This document shows positions 41,634 through 50,623 of a DNA stretch of 64,000 bases, one piece after another. The notes beneath the pieces were generated by a model. That model was given only the letters and a program-made list of their open reading frames with translations. It searched no databases and was not told where the DNA came from. The stretch comes from Candidatus Babelota bacterium (lineage in GTDB: Bacteria; Babelota; Babeliae; Babelales; Vermiphilaceae): the NCBI GenBank assembly GCA_049325595.1, contig JBMOLF010000011.1, positions 1-64,000 of the forward strand, written 5' to 3'. The position numbers and the translations under genes are program-made. Each line of letters opens with the position of its first letter. The first letter of the stretch is position 1.

Positions 41634-42824
41634 TTATTTTATTTTCCGCAATTGAGCAAGTGCAAAACTTTTTAGGCAATAATCTTGGTCTTTAATTGCT
41701 GCATTTATTTTTTGCTGATAATTATTTTGTACTTGTGCAACACAATCATTTACCGGCACAAATCGAAGTAACTTTTTTGCAAGAGGATAGGATCTTTTTA
41801 ACAAATATTTATCACAACGATGCGTAAGAATAGAATCGAAAAAACCGACAATTTCATTGAATGTTAAAACAGGAATCAGTCTTTCTTCTTGAAAGGCACA
41901 AAGTACCGATATTTTTTTAGGTTTATTATTTTCTTTGCCAGTTGAAACACAAATAAGGATTCGTTGTGCATTTGTTAAAGAAATTTGAAAATCTAAAATC
42001 TCAAAATCTTTTTCGCTTATTGCAGCAGAACTATGTAAAAGACAAAAATCTAAAAGTTCTTCTTGTGTTAATATAGTTTTTTCATCTATCGCTTTTTTAT
42101 TTTTCTTAAAAAGAACTATGTCTTTATTAGATCTAACCATCCAACTCTTTTTTTGATCGTTTCCATGCGATACATAATACTGAATTTGATAAATAGGACT
42201 TTCTGTACATGTGTAATTCGTGAATTTTTTGGTTTTTAAATTTGCTAGCTCATAGGTATCGGCTGGCGCGTCTTCATAATCTGGAAATCCAAAACATTCA
42301 GCATCAAGCGGGTGAATTGCTTTTACAACCATATGTTTTTCATCATCATCTGAAAGTTTAATTTTCTTATCTTGCTCATACGAAAATTTACACATTAAGC
42401 CATATCCAGCAACAAAATATCCTTCTCTATTGGGACCGGCTACTTTGTGTGGAACTTTATACTCTAGCAAAGGATCACTTTCAAAATATTTTCTAAAAGC
42501 GCTTTGTTCTGGCAATGTTTTATAAAATTCTTCAAACTTTTTTGTTTTAAAAATATTTGTTTCATTAAGCTCCTGCCAATATTCTTTTGCTTCTTGGGTT
42601 ATTTGATCTTCTGGTTGTGGTACGGGTACTGGCATAACAACAGATCCAAAATAGGCAGCTTCGGGAAAAGCCTGAGTAATAATTTCAGTCGTTAGTTCTG
42701 GCGGTAATTCAGCAAACAATTTATCTAATTTAAATTCATTATTTAGCCAATGTTCTTGCTCATTCTTTTCCATGCTATAACAAGAAAATATTATTATAAG
42801 ACTTAAAAAGACGTATTTGTACAT
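41634..42824 (-). CDS. Secreted F-box-like protein (GPN family), duplicate of neighbour
   Basis: YS-ME; ELPPELTTEII; AGPNREG. Start moved to MYKYVF by alignment with its paralog. Confidence 0.62.
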   Translation of the reverse strand: MYKYVFLSLIIIFSCYSMEKNEQEHWLNNEFKLDKLFAELPPELTTEIITQAFPEAAYFGSVVMPVPVPQPEDQITQEAKEYWQELNETNIFKTKKFEEFYKTLPEQSAFRKYFESDPLLEYKVPHKVAGPNREGYFVAGYGLMCKFSYEQDKKIKLSDDDEKHMVVKAIHPLDAECFGFPDYEDAPADTYELANLKTKKFTNYTCTESPIYQIQYYVSHGNDQKKSWMVRSNKDIVLFKKNKKAIDEKTILTQEELLDFCLLHSSAAISEKDFEILDFQISLTNAQRILICVSTGKENNKPKKISVLCAFQEERLIPVLTFNEIVGFFDSILTHRCDKYLLKRSYPLAKKLLRFVPVNDCVAQVQNNYQQKINAAIKDQDYCLKSFALAQLRKIK

Positions 42825-42883
42825 AAGATCCCTAGTAGTTAAAGTTTTGCTCATTATAAAGAAAATACGATTATTTTGAACAT

Positions 42884-42915
42884 AAAAAAGCTCGCTTGGC
42901 ACAGCGAGCTTTTTT
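42884..42915 (-). terminator. Intrinsic terminator
   Basis: AAAAAAGCTCGCT/AGCGAGCTTTTTT. Confidence 0.8.
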
Positions 42916-42936
42916 AATAGAATCTATTTCTTTAAT

Positions 42937-43728
42937 TTAATTTTTAGAATCTGATGATTTCTTTGTACGCTCTTTAATCAAACTATCCATTTGTTTAAAA
43001 GTCTCAAGTATTCTGGAAGTATTGTTAATCATCATTTCTACCATACTTTCAAGAGACTCATTATTAGGATTTTGAGGGCCTACAAAATCAAGCGAAGCGC
43101 CCGCATCGAGTAATATTTTAAGCATTTCAATTGACTTTTCGTGATGCATACCAGCAAATGCAATAGTCAAAATCACTGGAGTTGTGCCTTGTTCATATTG
43201 TGCATTAACATCAGCACCCGCTTCAATCAATTCTTTCATTGTTGTGATATCAGCTAGTTGTATGGCTTCAAACAACTTTTGGTTAAGCTGCTCTTTTGGC
43301 ATACGCTTTACCGAAACAGGACCTTGTGCAATTTCTTCAATCTTAGCTTTTAATGCTTCGGCATCTTTATAGCCAGCTGAGCGACCAAGTTCTTTGCCAT
43401 CTTTAAATACAATAATAGTTGGCACACTCGTTACTTTATATTCTTTAACGCAGCTGTCTACTTCATCAAAATCAACTTTTACAAACTCATAGTTATCACC
43501 TAATTGAGCAGCAACTTCTTCAAAGATGGGGCCCATAAGCTTGCATGGTGAACACCAAGTTGCAAATACATCAACCACCACAATTTTTTTAGATTTTGCA
43601 ATAGCCTGAATTAACGAACTCTTATCTAACTTTTTAACAAGATGCGTATCTTTTTTTGCTGCTTCAATAGCAATGTTAGCAGAAAGCAAAATACCGCAGA
43701 TAAGTGATATTTTTTTGAATGTATTCAT
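42937..43728 (-). CDS. Exported thioredoxin-ankyrin repeat fusion
   Basis: Signal; DVFATWCSPC, VPT; LIEAGADVN and LLDAGA ankyrin motifs. Confidence 0.85.
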   Translation of the reverse strand: MNTFKKISLICGILLSANIAIEAAKKDTHLVKKLDKSSLIQAIAKSKKIVVVDVFATWCSPCKLMGPIFEEVAAQLGDNYEFVKVDFDEVDSCVKEYKVTSVPTIIVFKDGKELGRSAGYKDAEALKAKIEEIAQGPVSVKRMPKEQLNQKLFEAIQLADITTMKELIEAGADVNAQYEQGTTPVILTIAFAGMHHEKSIEMLKILLDAGASLDFVGPQNPNNESLESMVEMMINNTSRILETFKQMDSLIKERTKKSSDSKN

Positions 43729-43747
43729 GCAAATGCCTTTCAAGGTT

Positions 43748-43780
43748 AAAAAAAAGACCCGGCGTTTAAGCCAGGTCTTT
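43748..43780 (-). terminator. rpsF-rpsR terminator
   Basis: AAAGACCCGGC/GCCAGGTCTTT (imperfect) with a U tract. Confidence 0.75.
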
Positions 43781-43790
43781 ACTGATACTC

Positions 43791-44078
43791 TTAAAATTGA
43801 GCTGCTGAGTATGGAACAAGTGCCATAACACGCGCTTTTCTAATTTGTGCGGCTAACTCACGTTGGTGTTTGCTACAGTTACCAGAAATACGCGCCGCTA
43901 AAATTTTGCCACGCTCAGTTAGGAAATTTCTTAAGAAAGTAGCGTTTTTGTAATCAAGATACGCTGATTGGCCTTCTGCTCCGCAGAAACGGCAATGTTT
44001 TTCAGCACCAAAGCCTTGGCGGCGTTGTTTCTTTTTATACAAACGAGCACTGATTTTTAATTTAATTTTCTTAGTCAT
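43791..44078 (-). CDS. rpsR: 30S ribosomal protein S18
   Basis: CRFC, LDYKN, TERGKI, CSKHQR. Confidence 0.96.
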   Translation of the reverse strand: MTKKIKLKISARLYKKKQRRQGFGAEKHCRFCGAEGQSAYLDYKNATFLRNFLTERGKILAARISGNCSKHQRELAAQIRKARVMALVPYSAAQF

Positions 44079-44080
44079 GA

Positions 44081-44542
44081 TTACTCCTGAGTTTCGTCGT
44101 CGCTATCTTCTTCATCTTCGCTTGCCATAGAACCAGCCATGTCTGATGAGCCATAGTCACCACGCTCTCTTCTACCAAATGGAGAAGCTTCACGCGCAGG
44201 GGCTTCTTCAAGAGACTGAGGACGCTCATAAGCAAGTGAGCCTTTAGGATCAAGAACACTGATCATGCTACGCATAACAAGGTCGTGCAACTTAACATCA
44301 AGAAGATTTTTAACTTCGCTTACTAATGGATTAGCTTGTTCAGCTTCAAATCTTACTAAGAAGTAAACACCGTAATCGTTCTTTTTCACTGGATAAGAAA
44401 GCTTATACTTACCCCAACGCTCAAAAGAAATTGTTTTAGCTTTATTGTCCGCCATTACACGATCAAAATGATTTTCGATAGTTTTGATCTCATCGGCGGT
44501 AATTTCTGGAACTGTAAGCAATAATGCTTCGTAACGAACCAT
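44081..44542 (-). CDS. rpsF: 30S ribosomal protein S6
   Basis: RYE, WGKYKLSYPVKK, acidic tail. Confidence 0.95.
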   Translation of the reverse strand: MVRYEALLLTVPEITADEIKTIENHFDRVMADNKAKTISFERWGKYKLSYPVKKNDYGVYFLVRFEAEQANPLVSEVKNLLDVKLHDLVMRSMISVLDPKGSLAYERPQSLEEAPAREASPFGRRERGDYGSSDMAGSMASEDEEDSDDETQE

Positions 44543-44744
44543 GAATTACTCCTGTACTAAGTGGAAGTGTTAGACACTATAAAGCCCCCCATGGGCTTTA
44601 TTTAGTTGTGGGGGTTTTTGCACACCCTACTTAGCTAAAAGTACCATAAATATAGGATTTTTCTAGTAGTAGACCGTTCTACTTTTTTAGCTTTATACAT
44701 AAGAAAAGCATAACCTTACAGACCTGTTTTCTTATTGAAATAAT

Positions 44745-45227
44745 TTATTGTGAAGCATATTCTTGAGCTTTTAGCTCAAGGGTAAGGTTTTTATAGGATA
44801 AAGGCATATACATTTCGCTAAAATGAGATAAAAAGAATTGCTCATAAAACAATGCAAACTGTTTCCAAGCAAATTTATTATTAACTGTCTTGCTTGCTAT
44901 TGCCATAAACTCTTGATCAAACTGATCGTAATAGCTACTAAACATAGCTTTCTTATATTCATCAAGAGGAACATGGGCCTTTAAAGATAAATAATTCTGC
45001 AATTTTAAATCGCTAGAGCCATTAAAGATATTTTCAAAAACCTGAGAAGGAAGCAGCGATTGCTTAACATCAATTTTCAACTCAGATATAATCTTAAAAC
45101 TTGCGTCAGCTGCTCGATACAATGTTTTTATATCTTGCAAACATCTATTTTTTGAATTGCGATAACGCTCAGATGCTTGCATGTCTATACAGCCAAAAAA
45201 CAAAATGCCTAAATAAATTTTTTTCAT
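44745..45227 (-). CDS. Secreted hypothetical protein
   Basis: MKKIYL signal (MQA-SE). Confidence 0.6.
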   Translation of the reverse strand: MKKIYLGILFFGCIDMQASERYRNSKNRCLQDIKTLYRAADASFKIISELKIDVKQSLLPSQVFENIFNGSSDLKLQNYLSLKAHVPLDEYKKAMFSSYYDQFDQEFMAIASKTVNNKFAWKQFALFYEQFFLSHFSEMYMPLSYKNLTLELKAQEYASQ

Positions 45228-45277
45228 TGTTGCCTTAAAATCCATGTTTTAAATGAGCTTCTTACTATACCAGAAAG

Positions 45278-45871
45278 TTACTTCTTTACATCAAAAATAG
45301 TTTTTCGAGCCTGAAGCAAATATTTTATGTGCTTCAAGCCTTGCCAAACAAAATAGCCATCTGATTTTAAACCAGCTTCTGTCGCCATTGGAATTAGGTT
45401 AAGTAAATTAAGCATACTTATTATAAAAGACCCACTGGTCGCATTTGAGATAGAGCCATTGATAATCTTATTTAACAATAATCCACAAATAGTACCACTA
45501 AGAGGGCCCAACGCAGCCAATGCCATATTTTTTGTTGTCTTAATTATTTCTTCTTTTTTTGTAGCAGAAGGTTTTTGAGCAATCCCAGGAACGGCTGCAA
45601 AAATAGGTAATCCATGAAAATGAAATGGACCAACATTCAATAAAGCTTCATTTTCGTTGACACTAACATTTGGTACGTGATCAAAATGAATATTTATAGG
45701 CTCATTAAAAAACAATTTGCCGGCAATAGCATGCCCCATTTCATGGGTAACAAGTACGGTTAACCAAGATGTAGCAAAAACTCCAAATGACTTTGACCAT
45801 TTCAAAGTTGAATCCATAGGATGGGCAAAAGAAGGTAAGGCTAGAAGCAAGAATAACGCTTTTAATTTCAT
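45278..45871 (-). CDS. Small M50 (site-2 protease-like) metallopeptidase with signal peptide
   Basis: HEMGH, LGP, NLIP...SDG. Confidence 0.8.
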   Translation of the reverse strand: MKLKALFLLLALPSFAHPMDSTLKWSKSFGVFATSWLTVLVTHEMGHAIAGKLFFNEPINIHFDHVPNVSVNENEALLNVGPFHFHGLPIFAAVPGIAQKPSATKKEEIIKTTKNMALAALGPLSGTICGLLLNKIINGSISNATSGSFIISMLNLLNLIPMATEAGLKSDGYFVWQGLKHIKYLLQARKTIFDVKK

Positions 45872-45952
45872 AGTAAAACCTCCATTTTTCTATTCAATTA
45901 TAAGCTTATCAGAATAATTAAAAATTTCAATTAGAAAAATATAAAAATGAAT

Positions 45953-45981
45953 AAAAAAAGAGGCTTTTTTAAGGCCTCTTT
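45953..45981 (-). terminator. Intrinsic terminator
   Basis: AAAGAGGC/GCCTCTTT. Confidence 0.7.
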
Positions 45982-45998
45982 AATTTTTTTCTTATAGC

Positions 45999-46676
45999 TT
46001 ACGCTAAGCGTTGGTGACGTTGAATAACGCGACCAATGATTCTGAAGTGGTCTTTGCCACGAACAAGCGCTATTGGCGGTTGTTTATGGTTTACTGATTC
46101 TAATACGATAAAGTCATCAGTATAGGTTACTTGCATAATCGCACGCACTGGGGTGTCATTACCATACTCAACTGCTGCGATATCACCTGAACGAGTCCAC
46201 ACTTCTGGAGAAATGATTAAATAATCACCTTTTACAAAAGTAGGCGCCATCAAGTTATGATCGATGCAAAGAGAGAACATTGAGGTATCGGTTGTGTTTA
46301 AAATAGGAATAAACACATCTTTGTACCCGGTTGTTACTTGCATTAATTGGTTGTTGTATGGAGATGGATTTGCAGGAATGTCACCTAAAACTGGGACAAT
46401 TTGCACTTTGAGTTGTACGTCAGTTTGCTCAGGCAAGCTTACGTTACTATCAATGTTATCGGTACGTTTACGACGTTGTGCAAAAAGATCGATCGGGCTT
46501 ACTTCAAACGCATTTGCAAGCTTGCGCAATGAATCTTCATTCCAGCGACGGGTACCGTTTTTAATGTGAGTTAAATAGCTTTCAGACATACCGGTTTTTT
46601 CTGCTAAAACCTTGGTGGTCCACCCTTTTTCTCTTAAGAGTTCTTTAACTCGGAGTTCAGTTGAACGAGAAATCAT
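45999..46676 (-). CDS. XRE HTH plus S24/LexA-like domain transcriptional regulator
   Basis: LAEKTGMSESYL HTH; VPVLGDIPA, M.P....GD, RIIGRV. Confidence 0.85.
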   Translation of the reverse strand: MISRSTELRVKELLREKGWTTKVLAEKTGMSESYLTHIKNGTRRWNEDSLRKLANAFEVSPIDLFAQRRKRTDNIDSNVSLPEQTDVQLKVQIVPVLGDIPANPSPYNNQLMQVTTGYKDVFIPILNTTDTSMFSLCIDHNLMAPTFVKGDYLIISPEVWTRSGDIAAVEYGNDTPVRAIMQVTYTDDFIVLESVNHKQPPIALVRGKDHFRIIGRVIQRHQRLA

Positions 46677-46739
46677 GATATACTCCTCCTATTACCATGA
46701 AAATAAGTAAATAAGATTATAAAATACTGCTTATTTCAA

Positions 46740-46767
46740 ATTGTACACGAATTCTCACTCTTGTCAA
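46740..46767 (-). promoter_or_regulatory. Sigma70-like promoter of the XRE/S24 gene
   Basis: TTGACA-N16-TACAAT on the minus strand. Confidence 0.6.
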
Positions 46768-46777
46768 ACTGAAAAGA

Positions 46778-47500
46778 TTGCCAATGACAATAATTATACA
46801 GGCATCACGCATAAAACAACGTTTCAAAAAGAATTATTTTGAACAAGAAGCTTGGGCTCAAAATAGGGTAGTATGCGGCATTGATGAGGTAGGTAGAGGC
46901 CCACTAGCAGGCCCCGTTGTAACGGCGGCAGTAATTTTACCAAAAAATAAAATTAGCCCTTTAATTAAGGATTCTAAAATCCTCACACCCGAAGAGCGCC
47001 TTAAGGCTTATGCATGGATTACCAAGCACTGTTGGTACTCAATTGGCATGGCCCACCATAGAATAATTGACCAACAGAATATATTTCACGCAACACTAAT
47101 TGCAATGAAAAAGGCACTTGTTAACATATTGGCAATTTGTCCTGAACGTCCAAGCTCTATTTTAATAGATGCCATGCCACTTAAAATTCATGACACGGCT
47201 TATGCAGACATTCCCGTAAATTATTTTCCTTTTGGCGAGAGCAAATCAACCTCAATTGCAGCTGCTTCTATTGTTGCAAAAGTTCGCCGCGATATGTTGA
47301 TGGAGCGTATGGATACTATTTTTACCGGATACCATATGGGCCAACATAAAGGCTATCGCACCCCGCAACATAAAAAAGCGGTGGAAATGGGCCAAAAGCC
47401 CTTAATTATTCACCGTATGAGTTTTGTTAACCGCTTAGCAGAATATGCAGCCGCAGGTGTTACCGAGGATGAGTCACATGACCAACAAACCTTGTGCTGA
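46778..47500 (+). CDS. rnhB: Ribonuclease HII
   Basis: GIDEVGRGPLAGPV, DSK, IAAASIVAKV.RD, HKGY.T. Confidence 0.95.
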   Translation: MPMTIIIQASRIKQRFKKNYFEQEAWAQNRVVCGIDEVGRGPLAGPVVTAAVILPKNKISPLIKDSKILTPEERLKAYAWITKHCWYSIGMAHHRIIDQQNIFHATLIAMKKALVNILAICPERPSSILIDAMPLKIHDTAYADIPVNYFPFGESKSTSIAAASIVAKVRRDMLMERMDTIFTGYHMGQHKGYRTPQHKKAVEMGQKPLIIHRMSFVNRLAEYAAAGVTEDESHDQQTLC

Positions 47501-48071
47501 AATTATTGAAAGCTCTTTAACTGAATGGCTCGCTCAAAGCTGGCAATGGAATCAATTTCCTTCCTTTGGTTCTTTGATTACTATTCAAACAAAAAAAAGA
47601 ACACTGTTTGGCATTGTTCATCATATTCAAACAGGATCCATGGACCCCGGCAGATACCCTTTCCCTTATCAAAAAACACATGAAGAACTTATGGTAGAGC
47701 AACCGCAGATATTTGAGTTTTTAAAGACTACTTTTTCGTCGCTGGTGCTTGGCTATCAAGAAAAAGGGAAAATTTATTACCAATGGCCACCTGAGCCACC
47801 ATTGATTCACTCATTTGTCAGCAATGCATCGCCTGAACTTGAACGTGAATTTTTTAGTTCAGCTGCCTACCTTGCTTTATTATTTGGTCATGCCAATAAA
47901 ATTACTAATTTAGACGAATTATTGCTGGCTATTATCAAAAAACAAGCAGCAAACAATAATCTTAATGAAGAAAAATTAGCTCGCATTATTCAAGATTACT
48001 CCTTGCTAACCGGTAATGATTATCGAAGACTTAAGCTTTTTGCACAGCGTGCGCAGCAAATCATCCAATAA
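47478..48071 (+). CDS. HAS-barrel-like domain protein
   Basis: PSFGSL, T.S.DP.R.P, EQPQIF, LGY, YQ.PP.PP.IH. Confidence 0.7.
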   Translation: MTNKPCAEIIESSLTEWLAQSWQWNQFPSFGSLITIQTKKRTLFGIVHHIQTGSMDPGRYPFPYQKTHEELMVEQPQIFEFLKTTFSSLVLGYQEKGKIYYQWPPEPPLIHSFVSNASPELEREFFSSAAYLALLFGHANKITNLDELLLAIIKKQAANNNLNEEKLARIIQDYSLLTGNDYRRLKLFAQRAQQIIQ

Positions 48072-48164
48072 AATTCTATTAGAAGGTTATTAAAATTTTA
48101 TTGAAACTTAATTATTTTAATTTAAAATAATACATTATTTCTTATGATCTAAATGGGGTTCTCA

Positions 48165-48719
48165 ATGCGCATATCCGTTAAAATTCTTTCAGTTTTGTTT
48201 TTTATTGCATTTTTTGGGCAAGCTCAAGCTTCGGTGAGTGCTGTTATGGCAAAAATAACTTCACTCTATACCAATATATTGTGCCATGAATTAGGCCATG
48301 CAACAGTTAACAAAATATTATTTAATGATCCTATAGATATGCAGGCAGGTATTTTTACCCCTGTTACATTAGTTAATAATTCTGCAGCAAAAATTAAACT
48401 AGGATTGCTTCCAATAAGTGGATTCGCTAAAGTTCATCCACAACCATTAAAAACAAAAGCAGAAAAGCTTAAAATGCTCGCCGTCATTTTAGCTGGACCA
48501 TTAAGCGGATCATTGAGTTCATTAATTCTTAAGAATTTTATTGAAACATGTTTACCGATGACTAAATTCACTAAAGAATTGGTGTTAGAATTTAAACTTT
48601 TAACAATTGGAAGCTGGATCGAATTTCTGCCCATCAAGCTGAGCTTTATTAAAACTGATGGATGGCAAGCAATTAAACTAATTTTTTCATTAATGGAGAA
48701 TAAAGAAGTAACTCTGTAA
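48165..48719 (+). CDS. Small M50 metallopeptidase with signal peptide
   Basis: CHELGH, LAGP, EFLP...TDG. Confidence 0.8.
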   Translation: MRISVKILSVLFFIAFFGQAQASVSAVMAKITSLYTNILCHELGHATVNKILFNDPIDMQAGIFTPVTLVNNSAAKIKLGLLPISGFAKVHPQPLKTKAEKLKMLAVILAGPLSGSLSSLILKNFIETCLPMTKFTKELVLEFKLLTIGSWIEFLPIKLSFIKTDGWQAIKLIFSLMENKEVTL

Positions 48720-48774
48720 CTCTTTTTATTAGACATAATCGTTAATAATTTTTTCTGTAGATGGATTTTAATCG

Positions 48775-49776
48775 ATGAGATATATAAATTTTTTATCAGT
48801 TGTTGGTATAATTTTGTTTTTTAAAATTTCTGCTATGCCATCCCCACTAGAAACGTGGGAAGAGGCAAAACAATTTGAATCTTCAAAAATTGTGCAAGAG
48901 ATTGGCTACAAGCTAGAAGATAATGAAATTCGCAATCATATTTATGATATTCATAAAAAAGCACCTAACATATATAGCTATTTTTGCAAAAAAATTGAAA
49001 AAAAACGTAATCAAACCCAAGCAAAACTAGGCATAGATCTACAAAAAATTATTGATGATTTTGGCGTAGATGAATTTAAAAATAACTTAGCAAACATAAA
49101 AAAAATGCCTGCATTTGATAGCAAAAAAAGTATAGAACTTGTCGGAATTGAAGCATTTCCTCATTCAATTCAACAATCAGTTCGAGCATTTGTAGAAGAC
49201 CATAAAAATAGCTTGCCTCCAAAAATTACTTTTGTACCATATAATCGATATACGGCTCAATATCAAAATAACGATGGAATTATAACTGCACCAACAACCG
49301 ATGATGAATTGATAACTAAACTTTCTTTGAATCATGAATTGGGACATCTTTGCGATAAACAACTCCAGATTGTCGACGAGCTAGGTGCTTTATACAACAC
49401 TATAGCACTGCAGTATGCAGATGAGCAATATAAAAATCAAAAGAAAAATAAGGCCGTATCTGCCTGGCTAGGTTCTTTAGATCAATTTCACAACAAATAC
49501 AAATGCTCTGGATCCTTTGAAAAAATTCGTCATGCACGAGAGTTATTAGCCGATGCTTTAGCAACCCATAATAATGAAAAATTATGTAAAATAGGTTTTA
49601 TTGACTACAACAAAACAAATCATCCGGCCAGTAATTATTCTGATAGCTACTCTCATCCCAGCTTGGCTGTAAGAGCACATCAAATGGCTACTTTACATCG
49701 CTATTACAAAATTGAACAAAAAATGTGCAAAGAATATGGACTAATGGGCTACCAACACGGCAACTTGTTTAGTTAA
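48775..49776 (+). CDS. Secreted M48-like zinc metallopeptidase
   Basis: HELGH, RELLAD, SHPS..VR. Confidence 0.75.
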   Translation: MRYINFLSVVGIILFFKISAMPSPLETWEEAKQFESSKIVQEIGYKLEDNEIRNHIYDIHKKAPNIYSYFCKKIEKKRNQTQAKLGIDLQKIIDDFGVDEFKNNLANIKKMPAFDSKKSIELVGIEAFPHSIQQSVRAFVEDHKNSLPPKITFVPYNRYTAQYQNNDGIITAPTTDDELITKLSLNHELGHLCDKQLQIVDELGALYNTIALQYADEQYKNQKKNKAVSAWLGSLDQFHNKYKCSGSFEKIRHARELLADALATHNNEKLCKIGFIDYNKTNHPASNYSDSYSHPSLAVRAHQMATLHRYYKIEQKMCKEYGLMGYQHGNLFS

Positions 49777-49952
49777 GATGCGACAACCCCATTGACGCAA
49801 TACGATTTTTGCAATCGCTGGATCCAAAGAACAATCTGTTCTTGTAATTATGTTACACAATGGGATTATAAATAGATTAATCACAAAAAAACAGATAATA
49901 TCCCCCCCCAAATTTTAGCCCCATAAGTTCCATCCCGCCCGTAGTATAGTAA

Positions 49953-49980
49953 TTGACAAATAGAATATTTAAACTACAAT
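49953..49980 (+). promoter_or_regulatory. Sigma70-like promoter
   Basis: TTGACA-N16-TACAAT, then AGGAGG RBS. Confidence 0.6.
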
Positions 49981-50011
49981 TAGAAATAGAGGTTATTAAA
50001 AGGAGGAACCT

Positions 50012-50572
50012 ATGAAATTTAAATTAATATTCAAAAAATTAATATTTTTATCGACACTGTTTATCGCATGTTCAACAAAGCCTATGCAAAACAAGCCAAG
50101 CTCACTTCTAAGAACAGCTGTGGACTTTTCCGCTTCATGTTTAGTAACCGGACTTTGTCACGAGCTGGGACACGCAATACCTGCTCAATTATTTTTTAAT
50201 AATGTTGCTGGCATACGCATTGGGCAAGGACCCAGTATTAAATTTAACATTGCCAAATTTTTCTTAGAAATAGGACTATACCCATTTTTGGACGGTCAAA
50301 CGGTATTTACAACGCCAAACTTTGCAACAAACACCAAAGCAGATTTATTTAAACTATTAATTACAGTTGCAGCAGGTCCTATATCAGGAGCAGCTTCATG
50401 CTACGGGCTATTTAAAGCTCTTAAAAATAATTACATACAAAGTAATCCCACTATGGGAAATTGTTTAAGGGCTACATTTTTGTTGCATCTCATAAACTTT
50501 CTACCTGGTGAAGGATTTGATGGAAGTAAAATTTTACAAACATTATTCCTACTAATCAGACATAAGAAATAA
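50012..50572 (+). CDS. Small M50 metallopeptidase with signal peptide
   Basis: CHELGH, IGQGP, AAGP, NFLPGEGFDG. Confidence 0.82.
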   Translation: MKFKLIFKKLIFLSTLFIACSTKPMQNKPSSLLRTAVDFSASCLVTGLCHELGHAIPAQLFFNNVAGIRIGQGPSIKFNIAKFFLEIGLYPFLDGQTVFTTPNFATNTKADLFKLLITVAAGPISGAASCYGLFKALKNNYIQSNPTMGNCLRATFLLHLINFLPGEGFDGSKILQTLFLLIRHKK

Positions 50573-50623
50573 TTATATTTGGGCATCAACTAAACCTAAA
50601 GAATTTTTATGGAGGTTAAATTT

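Noticed and set aside
45999..46676. Prophage repressor or true lexA
   Set aside because: No phage genes nearby, and the catalytic residues are absent.
49777..49950. Intergenic C-run (CCCCCCCAAATTTTA, also near 5792) as a repeat or phase-variable tract
   Set aside because: Only two short low-complexity matches; the first is explained as a G-rich RBS on the minus strand.
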